Source: Vicugna vicugna
Lineage: Eukaryota
Assembly: GCA_013265495.1 (NCBI GenBank)
Contig: MU062951.1
Span: forward strand, 992,001 to 1,056,000
Direction of reading: 5' to 3'
DNA length: 64,000 nucleotides
Shown here: positions 14,201 through 29,296 of the stretch, in pieces
Numbering within the stretch: the stretch's first letter is position 1
How the letters are laid out: each line of letters opens with the position of its first letter
Program-made: the position numbers and the translations under genes
Notes under the pieces: model-generated
What the model saw: the letters and a program-made list of their open reading frames with translations, nothing else
Databases searched by the model: none
Told to the model about the DNA's origin: nothing

Positions 14201-16198
14201 AGTAGGAGCTGGTGGGTCACAGGAGACAGTGTCGGCCTAGTACTGCCCCAGGTCCTTGGGCAGGGAGCCAGGTGCTCAGTGTGTCCTCTGTTGGCAGTGG
14301 CCTGGGGGTGTGCAGATCAGAGGAGGAGGCCACATGGCTTGCTCTGTTGCTGCCTGGTGGGTGGGCCCCAGGCTCAAGGTCTTTACCGTAGTTGGACACT
14401 GGAGAAGGGCAGCGGCTGTTGGAAAGGGCCCAGTGACCATGCTCTGTCGTTGGAGCCATTCCACTGCAGTGTGGTGGAGCTGAGTGGCCTGCTTGTAGGC
14501 CCCAGGGGGTAATTTGAGCCATGACACCTGGGGGGTGAGCTCCCTGGGCCCCGCTGTTGGGTCAAATGACAGGGCTCCCAGTCAGGGAGGAACCAGAGGA
14601 GGCTGGTGGCCAGGCCAGGGTCCCTGGTCACTCGGAGCTTTTGAGGGAGGCAGGGTGTGGCACTGGCTGCTGCAAGGTGGCTGCCCCCTGCTCTGGCATG
14701 CTCCTTCCTCCTGCTCCCAGTGGGCCCCTCAACTGCCATCCCCTCCTGTTTCCAGCTCAAGGCTGTGCTGCCCAGTCCTCCTGAGGCTCTGGGCCAGGCT
14801 GACCCAAGGGCTTTAAGTCTTTTGCTTCCTCCTACCCCACCGGGCGACGGCAGCTGTGGCTCAGTTCCGCACTGCCTCTGTTCTGGGGCTGCCTCTGCCC
14901 TGGGCCTCCTGCTTCCTGTCCTGTGCTGTCCACTCATTCAAGGGTGTCCCTGATCTCACATCTGCAGGGCTTTCTCCCCACTTGCCTGGGGCAGGTGGAC
15001 CCCGTGGGGCTGACGAACTTCTTACCCAGCTTGGGGCTCTGCTTCTGAATGGCTGAGGTGTTGAGCCCACCCTCTCCTGCTGCCTTGCAGAGCTCGGGGC
15101 CTGGGGCCACCAGTGGGCCCAGTGGAGACCACAGTGAGCTGGTCGTCCGGATTGCCAGCCTGGAGGTGGAGAACCAGAGCCTGCGAGGGGGTGAGGCCCT
15201 GGGCCTGATGGGTGGGGGGCCCCACCCTGCCCCTGCCATCTGACCAGCACCCACTTTGCTCCCACAGTGGTGCAGGATCTGCAGCAGGCTGTCTCAAAGC
15301 TGGAGGCCCGGCTGAGCGCACTGGAGAAGAGCTCACCAGCCCACCGAGCCACGGCCCCACAGACGCAGGTGAGTGCCCTCCCCACACCCAGGGACCACAT
15401 GCCTGGCACTGAGCAGCAGGAGGCCCTCAGATACACGGGCCCTGGTGCCCTCACCCTGACGGGCAGGGTGTGTAGTTGGGTCCCTGGCTGCGTGGGCCTC
15501 AGCCTCCTGTCCCCTGTGGCAGCACGTGTCTCCCATGCGCCAAGTGGAGCCCCCTGCCAGGAAGGTGGCCACTGCCACGGAGGATGACGAGGATGATGAC
15601 ATCGACCTGTTTGGCAGCGACGAGGAGGAGGACAGGGAGGCGGCCCGGCTGCGGGAGGAGAGGCTGCGGCAGTACGCTGAGAAGAAGGCCAAAAAGCCTG
15701 CCCTGGTGGCCAAGTCCTCCATCCTCCTGGATGTCAAGCCTGTGAGTGGCTCATCTCTGACCCTCCCCACCCTGTGCCCTGGGGTCCTGGAGAGGTCGGG
15801 GGGGCAAGGCAGGTGTAAACTCAGACTGCTCTGACCCCAGTCCCCCCCCTCCCCAGTGGGATGACGAGACAGACATGGCCCAGCTGGAGGCCTGCGTGCG
15901 CTCCATCCAGATGGACGGGCTGACGTGGGGGGGCTCCAAGCTGGTGCCGGTGGGCTACGGCATCCACAAGCTACAGATCCAATGTGTGGTGGAGGACGAC
16001 AAGGTGGGGACAGACCTGCTGGAAGAGGAGATCACCAAGTTCCAGGAGCACGTGAGTGGGCAGGCACACACGGTGGGGTCCCCAAGTGAACCTCCGGCCA
16101 GGCCAGGCACGTGGCGGGAGCACGTGGGCCTTCGTGAACACGAGCCTCCCTCTCCACAGGTGCAGAGCGTCGACGTTGCTGCTTTCAACAAGGTCTGA
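8275..16198 (+). CDS. EEF1D: Elongation factor 1-delta, long isoform (eEF1BdeltaL), about 638 aa
   Basis: Exons 8275-9344, 11079-11199, 11507-11578, 15091-15190, 15268-15368, 15523-15741, 15857-16051, 16160-16198; all GT-AG and phase-consistent. N-terminus [32 protein letters not shown] at 8524-8538. Confidence 0.93.
11083..16198 (+). CDS. EEF1D: Elongation factor 1-delta, canonical short isoform, 280 aa
   Basis: [32 protein letters not shown]...; leucine zipper [33 protein letters not shown]; HVSPMR phosphosite; acidic [13 protein letters not shown]; GEF domain [16 protein letters not shown]...[12 protein letters not shown]. Confidence 0.97.
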
Positions 16199-16236
16199 GC
16201 CTGGCACTGGGCCTGTGTGTGTGAAGTCTTGCAGCC

Positions 16237-16242
16237 AATAAA
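16237..16242 (+). terminator. EEF1D: EEF1D polyadenylation signal
   Basis: AATAAA 39 nt after the stop codon. Confidence 0.85.
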
Positions 16243-17499
16243 GACAGATTCCAGCTCTCTGCCTCCTGTCCTGGTCTGGGCCCCACGGTGGGCACGTTCA
16301 GCGAGCGGCACTCTGCCAGGCCCCAGGCCTCATTAGTGTCGCCTGGGCCCCCTGTCTGTCCTGCTGCTCCTGCACCAGTGGCCACCACCCTCCTCCCCTG
16401 TCTTGGTCTCTCCACAGCCCTCCTGTGGCTATGGGACCCCACCACTTGCTGCCCCTCCTATCTGCCCCCTCCCATCTTGCTCACGCCTCAGTTGCGAGCA
16501 CCACGTCCAGGTCAAGCTGTTGAAACCAGAAACGAGCACATATTGGCTCCCTCACTGTAGGAGGCATCCCTGTCCACCACCTCCTCTCTTCTCTGCCGAG
16601 CTGTCCCCACAGGTGCAGAAGTGCCAGTCTGGGACTGTCCAGGGGAGAGGTCCCAGCGGCCGACCTGGCCCTGCTGTTGTGACTATAGCCAGGCGCCCCA
16701 TCAAGTTTGAACTGTGTGAACCCCTGCCAGACATCCCACCATCTCTAGAAAGAAGGCTGGGCTTTTCTCAGCCCTGCCGCCCCTGCTGTCCAGCCCTGCC
16801 CCTCTCCCTTCAGTCCTTTTAGGGTGCTCACTGTCCTGCCCCACCCACCTTCCACTGTGCTGCCTGCATCTGTGGTCATGCCTCCCCCTGCCCCCCACAC
16901 TAGAGACCAGGGCCCTAGACGGATCCCATGACAAACTGCCCTGTGCGCTGGTGCCCACTGTCCTGCCTGTCCCTGTCCACCTCCACTCCCAAGCCCCGGG
17001 TTTGGACAACACTTGAGTCACTAGTGGTTTCTCCTCTGGACTGCTGACCCACATGGCTGTTGAGGCAGCCGTGTCTGGTGTTGGGAGAAAGTGTGGGTTG
17101 TGGTTACTTCTGCGCTGTCCTCCAGGGCCCCCCTCGGGATTTCTGTGGGGCTTTGAGTGCAGAAGCTGAAAGCCTTTGCTACCAGCTGGGGGTGGACAAA
17201 GGGCCCCCTCGCCCTTTGTTGGCACCACACTCCTTCCCGAGCAGTGTGGTATGGGCCTTGCCTGGGGCGGTGCTGCCTGTGCGCTGCCCTCCCCAGGCCA
17301 GGGCGGCCCCTGGGCGGGTGGGGGTGAAGTCCAGCTGGACGCGGAGTTCTGGCTGCCCTCTTCTACCCTCGCGGAGCCCAATGCACGGAGCTGCCAGCCT
17401 CGCGGGGATCGGGACAGGCCACGCGGCAAGGGGCCAAGGGGAGCAGGGGTGACCAGCGAGAGCACACGCCCCCAGCCCCAGCCAGGTCCAGCTGCTGGG

Positions 17500-18200
17500 G
17501 CCTCTGGGAGTGTCTGGAGGCCAGCGGCCCGCCCCGCCCATTCCGGTTGCCAGGAAAGGCGGTCTCTCCCTGGTGTCCCAGCCTCCTGGTGCGTCCCGCT
17601 GGCTGGGCGGGCTTTGGGGAGCGCGGCGTCAGGGGGTGGACGGGCGGGGCGGCCAGAGTCCGGAGTGCGGGGGTAATGGCGGCAGAGCAGGACGCAGAGG
17701 GGCGCGCGGCGGCCCGGCCGCTGCTCACCGACCTCTACCAGGCCACCATGGCGCTGGGCTACTGGCGCGCGGGCCGGGCGCAGGACCAGGCCGAATTTGA
17801 GCTTTTCTTCCGTCGCTGCCCGTTCGGTGGAGCCTTCACCCTGGCCGCTGGGCTGCGCGACTGCGTGCGTTTCCTGCGTACCTTCCGCCTCCAGGACGCA
17901 GGTATCCCCCGGGCCCGGGAGCCCCTCCTACCCGGCCCCCTTGCCCCGCCCACCACCACTTCTGCCGCCCCTAGACGTGCAGTTCCTGGCCTCGGTGCTG
18001 CCCCCAGACACAGACCCGGCGTTCTTCGAGCACCTTCGTGCCCTCGACTGCTCCGGGGTGACAGTGCGGGCCCTGCCCGAGGGCTCCCTCGCCTTCCCCG
18101 GCGTGAGTGCGGGGTAAGCCGGACGATGGGGTGGGGCTGAGTGGGCCCACGGTGCCGAGCTGACAGCCCGCCCCACAGGTGCCGCTGCTGCAAGTGTCGG
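17500..18200 (+). promoter_or_regulatory. NAPRT: NAPRT CpG island and promoter
   Basis: CpG-dense, with GC boxes (GGGCGGGGCGG) just upstream of the ATG at 17676. Boundaries approximate. Confidence 0.7.
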
Positions 18201-20902
18201 GGCCACTCCTGGTGGTGCAGCTGCTGGAAACGCCACTCCTCTGCCTGGTCAGCTATGCCAGGTGGGGCCTGGGGTGCCAGGTGGGGCCTGGGGTAGGACC
18301 GGGGCTCCTGCCCAAGACCCGAAGGCTGGGCTCCGAGGAAGGAGCGTGGCCCCGGGGTTGGATGGTGGAGCCCAGGGTCCTGGAGAGGGACCTTCCGCTC
18401 CCACCGTGCAGGGTCCCAGGAGAGGACGGCTCTGGTTGGCTTCCTGGCCCTCACGCAGGGCCCTTGCCCTGTTGCTCCAACAGCCTCATTGCCACGAATG
18501 CAGCGCGGCTTCGCCTGATCGCAGGGCCGGAGAAGTGGCTGCTGGAAATGGGACTTCGGCGAGCTCAGGGACCGGATGGGGGTCTTACGGCCTCCACCTA
18601 CAGCTACCTGGGCGGTGAGGGCCAGGAGAGGGAGGCAAGGTTTGGGAAAGGAGGCCAGCCCTGAGATCCCCCTCACTACAGTACCTGAAGTCCCTCAACC
18701 TTGCCTGATGCCCTGGTCCAGGCTTTGATGGCAGCAGCAATGTGCTTGCGGGACAGCTGCGGGGCGTGCCTGTGGCCGGAACCCTGGCACACTCCTTCGT
18801 CACGTCCTTTTTGGGTACCGAGGTGCCCCCTGACCCGGTCAGTACCCCTGTCAGCCCCACTGCAGTCCAGAGGGCAGACCCCCAAAGCCAGCCGCTGCCC
18901 AAGGGGAGGGAGGGACCAGTTCTTGCTCTGCACTCAGGTAGGTGCCGTGCCTGGCCCACCTCAGCCACCCTGGCAGGCAGTCTTGGTGCTGCACTGGGAA
19001 GCTGGCAGGCAGGTGGCTCAGACCCTTTACCAGGGACAAACCAGACCCCACCCTGTGCTCTGGATCTTCCATCCTTCACCAGTTCGTCTCCCTAGATGTT
19101 GGCTCCTGCTGCTGGTCAAGGCCCCAAGGTGGACCTGGCCGCCTGTGTGGAGACATGGCTGGAGCGTGTGTGTGCCCACCTGGGGCTGGGAGTGCAGGAG
19201 CCACACCGGGGGGAGCGGGCAGCCTTTGTGGCCTATGCCCTGGCCTTTCCCCGGGCCTTCCAGGGCCTGCTGGACACCTACAGCGTGCGGAGGTGAGGCC
19301 CAGGCATCCCCGGAGCGGGCTCAGCCGAGCACCTTCAGGCCCCCGACCGCCTTGCCCTGCCTGCAGGAGCGGCCTTCCTAACTTCCTGGCTGTAGCCCTG
19401 GCTCTGGAGGGGCTGGGCTACCAGGCAGTGGGCGTGAGGCTGGACAGCGGCGACCTGCTTCAGCAAGCCCAGGAAATCCGCGGAGTCTTCCGAACGGTGG
19501 CGGCCCAGTGAGTCCCCGGGGTACTTTGCCTGCTGAGACCCCATCTGGGGTTGGAATGTTGGGATGGGACAGAGGAGGGGAAGGAGGGACCTTCCCAACC
19601 TTCACCCCTCCCACGGTGAGGCTCTCTGGTGTGGTCGCTACCTCAGTAGAGTAGGCACGGCCCTGGCGAGGAGGCTGGGGTGGGCTCACTCAGGGGCCTG
19701 CAGGCAAAAAGGCCAGAGCCAGCATGGCTGAAGGCAGATTATCAGGGGGTGGGGAGATGGCATGACGGGTGGGAGGGGACCGGTGCATCAGGAGCAGCGG
19801 AGGGGCTGCCCACACAGGTTCCGGGTGCCCTGGCTAGAGTCGGTCCCTATCACCGTCAGCAACAGCATTGATGAGGAGGAGCTGGCTCGGCTGGCCCAGA
19901 AGGTGAGTGGGGCGGGGGCAGGCCAGAGGGCGGCTGGGGGCCCCAGGCCTGCAGGTGCTGGACGAGCCCAGGGCTGCCTCCCGTCCCCTCCTCCAGGGCA
20001 GCGAGGTGAACGGCATCGGCATCGGCACGAGCGTGGTCACTTGCCCGCGTCAGCCTTCCCTGGGCTGTGTCTACAAGGTGAAGATGGGGCAGGGGCCCTG
20101 TGGGGGCGGGCTGGGCTGGGTCATGGGCCCGAGGAGAAGGGTCCAATTCTGCTGACACCCTGTCTCCGCAGCTGGTGTCCGTGGGAGGCCAGCCACGAAT
20201 GAAGCTGACTGAGGACCCAGAGAAGCAGACATTGCCGGGGAGCAAGGCTGCCTTCCGGCTCCTGGGCTCCAACGGTGAGGCCTGCCTTGCTGACCCTCTG
20301 CGGTTCGGCTCAAGGCCTCTGGCCCCCCACGTTATTCTTGGCACCCCTGACACGCACACACACACAGGGTCTCTGCTGATGGATGTGCTGCAGTTGGCAG
20401 AGGAGCCACCTCCCCAGGCTGGCCAGGAGCTGCGAGTCTGGCCTCGAGGGGCCCAGGAGTCCTGTACCGTGAGGCCGGCCCATGTGGAGCCACTTCTGCG
20501 ACTCTGGGTCCAGCAGGGACAGGTGACCACCCCTACCCACCCCACTAGGCTGCACCTTCAACCCAAATCAAGCCCTGACACCTGACCTAGAGCCAGCCCC
20601 TTCCTTCCCTCTTCCCCCCAGCTGTGTGAGCCCCTCCCATCTCTGGCTGAATCCAGAGCCTTCGCTCAACTGTCCCTAAGCCGTCTGAGCCCTGCACACA
20701 GGCGGCTGGAGCAGCCTGAGCTGTACCAGGTGAGTGTCGGGCCCACATTGTCAACCTGACCTGTGTGCTCTCTGCCCCGACAGCCACCCACTCTCCCCTC
20801 CTCTCCACCCTGCAGGTCGCACTGTCTGAGAAGCTACAGGCCCTGGTGGACAAACTGAGTGCCAGCAGTCCCCATGAGAGTCCAATGGTGGGAGTTGCCT
20901 GA
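17676..20902 (+). CDS. NAPRT: Nicotinate phosphoribosyltransferase, 13 exons, 546 aa as read
   Basis: Exons 17676-17901, 17975-18102, 18179-18261, 18484-18614, 18722-18837, 19096-19292, 19367-19507, 19818-19902, 19997-20077, 20172-20274, 20368-20522, 20622-20729, 20816-20902. Motifs [27 protein letters not shown] and GIGTS are intact. Confidence 0.96.
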
Positions 20903-22552
20903 AATTAACATGAGTCATTCACTGTCCCCCACAACTTGTCATGTGTCGTGTCTTCACCCAGCCTGCCACTCACTGGAACCCCAGGGCCTCCCGGGGTGGG
21001 CTGGAGTCAGGGATCAGCGTGAGGGCTCGTGCTTCCAGGGGAGATCCTGCTCGGCCCGGGCAGGGAGGTGGCCCTGTGCCGAGGCCTGAGGGTGGTGAGG
21101 AGGTAGGCTAAGGGCAAGGAGTGTCTGAGGCCTGGAGAGCTGGGAAAGGGCAGGGCTGTGGGGAAGGGAGGCCTCTGGTGCCCAGCTGGGAGTTGGGGTT
21201 GGTACCATGGAAGGCCTCTCCCTGCTGGAGGCTCGAGAAGGGGCACCTCGGGGTGGGATTAGAGTGCCAGATACAGGAGCTCCAGCATTCCTGTGACCAT
21301 GCGCTGCCTAAGGCACTGTCCTCAGGCAGGCTCTGTGGGGCACCTTGAGCTTCCCAAGCCAGAGAGCAGCCTGGTGTCACCTGCCACTGCTGCTGCCAGC
21401 CCTGCAGGACCCTGCCACTGGGGAACCCTGTGGCCCTGCGCCCCACCCATCTGGCTCCCTCCTGGCCTTGGCATCTGTCATGATGCTGACCAGCCTGGGC
21501 CTTGGGGACCCGGCTCCTCGGAAGGGAGAGGAGTGGGTCCGGGCCTGCGCTAGAGCCAGTGAAGAAGTTGAGGGGACAGAGGGCGGCTCAGCTCTGTGCA
21601 GGCAGGCTAGTCAGGTCTCCAGAGGGGCCACTCAGGAGAGCAGTCTGGGGCTCTGTGGACGTGAGGGTGGGGCCCGGGCCTGGCCTGTCCAGGCCTTGAA
21701 GCAGGTGTGGGCGTGGAGGTGCTGACTCTCCAGGGCGCTTCCCACAGCACTGCCACCTGCCAAGGTATTTGGCCAGACCAGCTCTTCTGGCTCCTCTGCC
21801 CAGGCTGGGCAGTGCCCCTGAGTTGCTGGGTGACAGTGACGGTGGGAATTTAGGGCAGAGGCCCAGTCAGGCCATCCCTGGGGGACAGGTGGTTGGAGGA
21901 AGATACAGACACACAGACACACAACAGAACATGCACTGGCCCCAGGTACCCACAGGTCACCACTTCTCAGCTCTGCACTTCCTTGGTGCTGGGACCCAGA
22001 GCACCTCCCGCCTCCAGTGATGGCGGTCACCTGCAAGGACACCTGAAGGCACAGGGCAGCTCCTCTTGCCTCTGGCTCCACCCCAGGGCTGCCCCGAGCT
22101 CAGAGATGTGGGCAGCTCTCTGAATTATCCCCGTTCCCAGAATGGCTGGGTCAGAATGCAGAGGGGACAGCCCAGGCCCAGCCTGGACCCAACGGCTTCT
22201 TTGGGGCTGAATCAGGTGAAGGCTCAGCTCAGGGCTAGGCCCAGCGTTCTGGACCCTGCCAGGGTCTCTTCAGGGCTGTCCACACCTTCCCCAGGGTCTT
22301 CTGCCTAGAGGAGGCAGAGATCAGGGACAAGGACCCTTCTCTCCCCTTGCAGACCTACTGTCTCCCAGGGACCTTCCCTCTTCCCCAGGGCCTGGGGGCA
22401 GAGTCAGACCCCAGGCGCTCAGGCTTCTCACCCCAGATGCTGGCCACTCACCTCCAGCAGCCCAGGCAGGAGGGGCTTTCACAAGCCCCCAGCAGGCACC
22501 ACTCCTGGGGACACCTCTGTGTGGCTCCCCAACCCCCACACCCACACCCACG

Positions 22553-22555
<3 letters not shown>

Positions 22556-22591
<36 letters not shown>
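22556..22591. repeat. (AC)18 microsatellite upstream of the MROH6 start codon
   Basis: Seen directly. Confidence 0.95.
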
Positions 22592-22593
<2 letters not shown>

Positions 22594-22638
22594 CACCACG
22601 CCCGTTCTTGGTCCCGCCTGCCTGGGACATGCTTCTAG

Positions 22639-27283
<4,645 letters not shown>

Positions 27284-28289
27284 GTCTGACCGGCCTGCCC
27301 TCCGGGTGGGAGTCAGGGGTCTGAGTGGGGCGCCCCACCACTCTGTGGCCAGTCTGGGCAGGGCCAGTTCTGCGGAAGAGGTCTCCCTGGAGGGGCACCA
27401 GGGCTTGGTGCTGGACACCGATACCTGCCTTTGGAGCTGCCCGAGGCCTGCTGCACACAAAGAGCCCTCTCCAGGAGCGCCCCACCGTGACAGCCACAGG
27501 GCCCGGAGGGAGCCCATGTGCCTTCTGCCCGAGCACCAATTCACCCTCAGCTTCTCACCTCTTACACCTCTGGGTCCGCCTGTCCCCCTCAGGCCTATGG
27601 CTCACCAAGCCCCTTGGAGTGTGCCCTGCCCATGGCACCTGGCCTCCCAAGCCAGACTCTGGTGGGGGACAGTGTGAAGCTGGCACAGCCCTCTTCCTGG
27701 GCCTCTACCTGTCGGGCCCTCCTGGCCACCACAGCAGCCCAGCACCCTCCATCGTGTGCTCCACTCCCTGCTGGCCATGCCCTGGCCTGAGGTCCTCAGG
27801 TTCCTGGCCACATCCTCGCTGCTCAAGAAGCTTTGATCTGTCCACACCTGCTGCCCCACAGCCTGGCCCCACTCCATCCCCCCATCATGGTGTCAGACCG
27901 CCCCCCGGACCTTCTCCGGATCATGTCCCCTGACCTCCCCACTGGACAGCACAGGCCCGAGATGATGTCTGCAGGTCCAGCTGTGAGGCACCCACATCCA
28001 CAGCCCACCAGGCTGAGCCCTCGCCTCGGTGCCCCAGCGCCTGGCTCAGGGTTGAATGAGAATGGCAGGACTGGACGTTCGGGGAAGGGGCCCCTCTGGG
28101 AGTGTCTGAAGCTGTGACTAGGCCCCTCCAGACCCTGCCAAGTGGCTTCCTCCACCGGGAGTATCCCCCTTGAGGTGTCCTCCTGCCCTCCCAGGGCCCC
28201 CCCAGAGCTGCTTCCTCAGAGAAGGAGGCCTCGACTCACACAGCCTCTTGGAGGCTGGGGCTCTGTCCATCCCCATGGAGAGAGTTTAA

Positions 28290-28295
28290 AATAAA
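28290..28295 (+). terminator. MROH6: Likely MROH6 polyadenylation signal
   Basis: First AATAAA I found downstream of the stop, about 1 kb into the 3'UTR. Confidence 0.7.
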
Positions 28296-28724
28296 CGCAC
28301 GGGTTAGAAGGCTCAGCATCTGTCTGTGGCCTGGTTCTGGGCCGAGGCTGTGGTGCCGGTGTGCTGGGCCTGGTCCAGGACCGGGCTGCGGCCAAGGTGA
28401 CAGACGAGGCATTATGTGGCCAGGAGCAAGGGGCAGCCAGGGGTGGGCGCAGCAGTCAGGCAGCTTCACCCTGAGACGGGAGGCTGCGCAGAGGGGGCTG
28501 GGGTCTCCTCGTTGGGCAGGCATCCCCAGGCTGGGGAGGCTCAGGGCAAAGGCACTTGTCTGTGTGAAGCCAGAGGTATGGTTTGCTGTACCAGTCCGGA
28601 GCCCCCAGAGCAGCTGCCAGAGCTGGACTGAACTACAGGAAATATATTGGGGTCACGCTGGAGAGGCCAGGAGGCCAGCAGACCCCCGAGGGAAGGAGAC
28701 GGGGGGGGGAAGGGAGGGTGGTGG

Positions 28725-29296
28725 TGTGCGGGGACACGGCAAGCCGGTGTCGCGGGTGGTAGGAGAATTTACCAAAGACAAAGAAGAGTTTGAGAGACAA
28801 GGAAGAAGTGGAAACGGGCACAACAGCTGGGCGACAGCGGGCCGCGCGGACAGCGATCGGAGCCCGCATGCCCCGGCGTAGACGTGCGGGGGCTTACGTC
28901 AGGGACAGGGCTGTGCGCGCAAGGGGTGCTGCGTGCGCAGCTGGGGCACAGGCACCAACTGGCAACTAGTGAGGCTCGGCGGGGGCCGTTCTAAGTCACG
29001 GGGTTTATGACTCTGGTAAGGGCAGGGTGTGCAGTGAGGCCTCCTGCGCCCACCCCACCTCAGCAGGCACCACGCCCGCCCTGCCCGGCTCCCTCCAGTC
29101 TACGGAGAGCCCATTCCAGCACCAGGGCTGGCCCGCCCGGGTACTGTGAGACTAGTGGTTTCTAGGGGCAGGCAGTTTGGCCAGGGCACACATACGTCAG
29201 GGAAACATGCTCTTTATCTTTTTATGAAGGAATGTAGGCACATGGAGCATCCAGGAGTGGGGGTTAAGGACTTCAAGAACGCCAGCCTGCCCCACA
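28725..29296 (-). mobile_element. Solo ERV LTR, 572 bp, minus orientation
   Basis: Begins TGTGCGGGG, ends CCCCACA (TG...CA), flanked by an identical 5-bp GGTGG at 28720-28724 and 29297-29301. The minus strand has a TATA-like TCATAAACCC near 29000-29010 and a U5-like ...CTCTTCTTTGTCTTTGGTAAATTCTCCTACCACCCGCG... end. Family not assigned. Confidence 0.8.
29039..29145 (+). pseudogene. Diverged fragment of MROH6 terminal exon embedded in the LTR
   Basis: 29039-29122 aligns to 27156-27241 at 74 of 86 columns (manual alignment). Weaker similarity continues to about 29145. Flanked by GTGAG at 29034-29038 and 29146-29150. Confidence 0.88.

Noticed and set aside
18103-18178. NAPRT intron 2 and GSDMD short introns as mirtrons
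   Set aside because: End-to-end pairing is interrupted and no better than expected from G-rich 5' and C-rich 3' composition.
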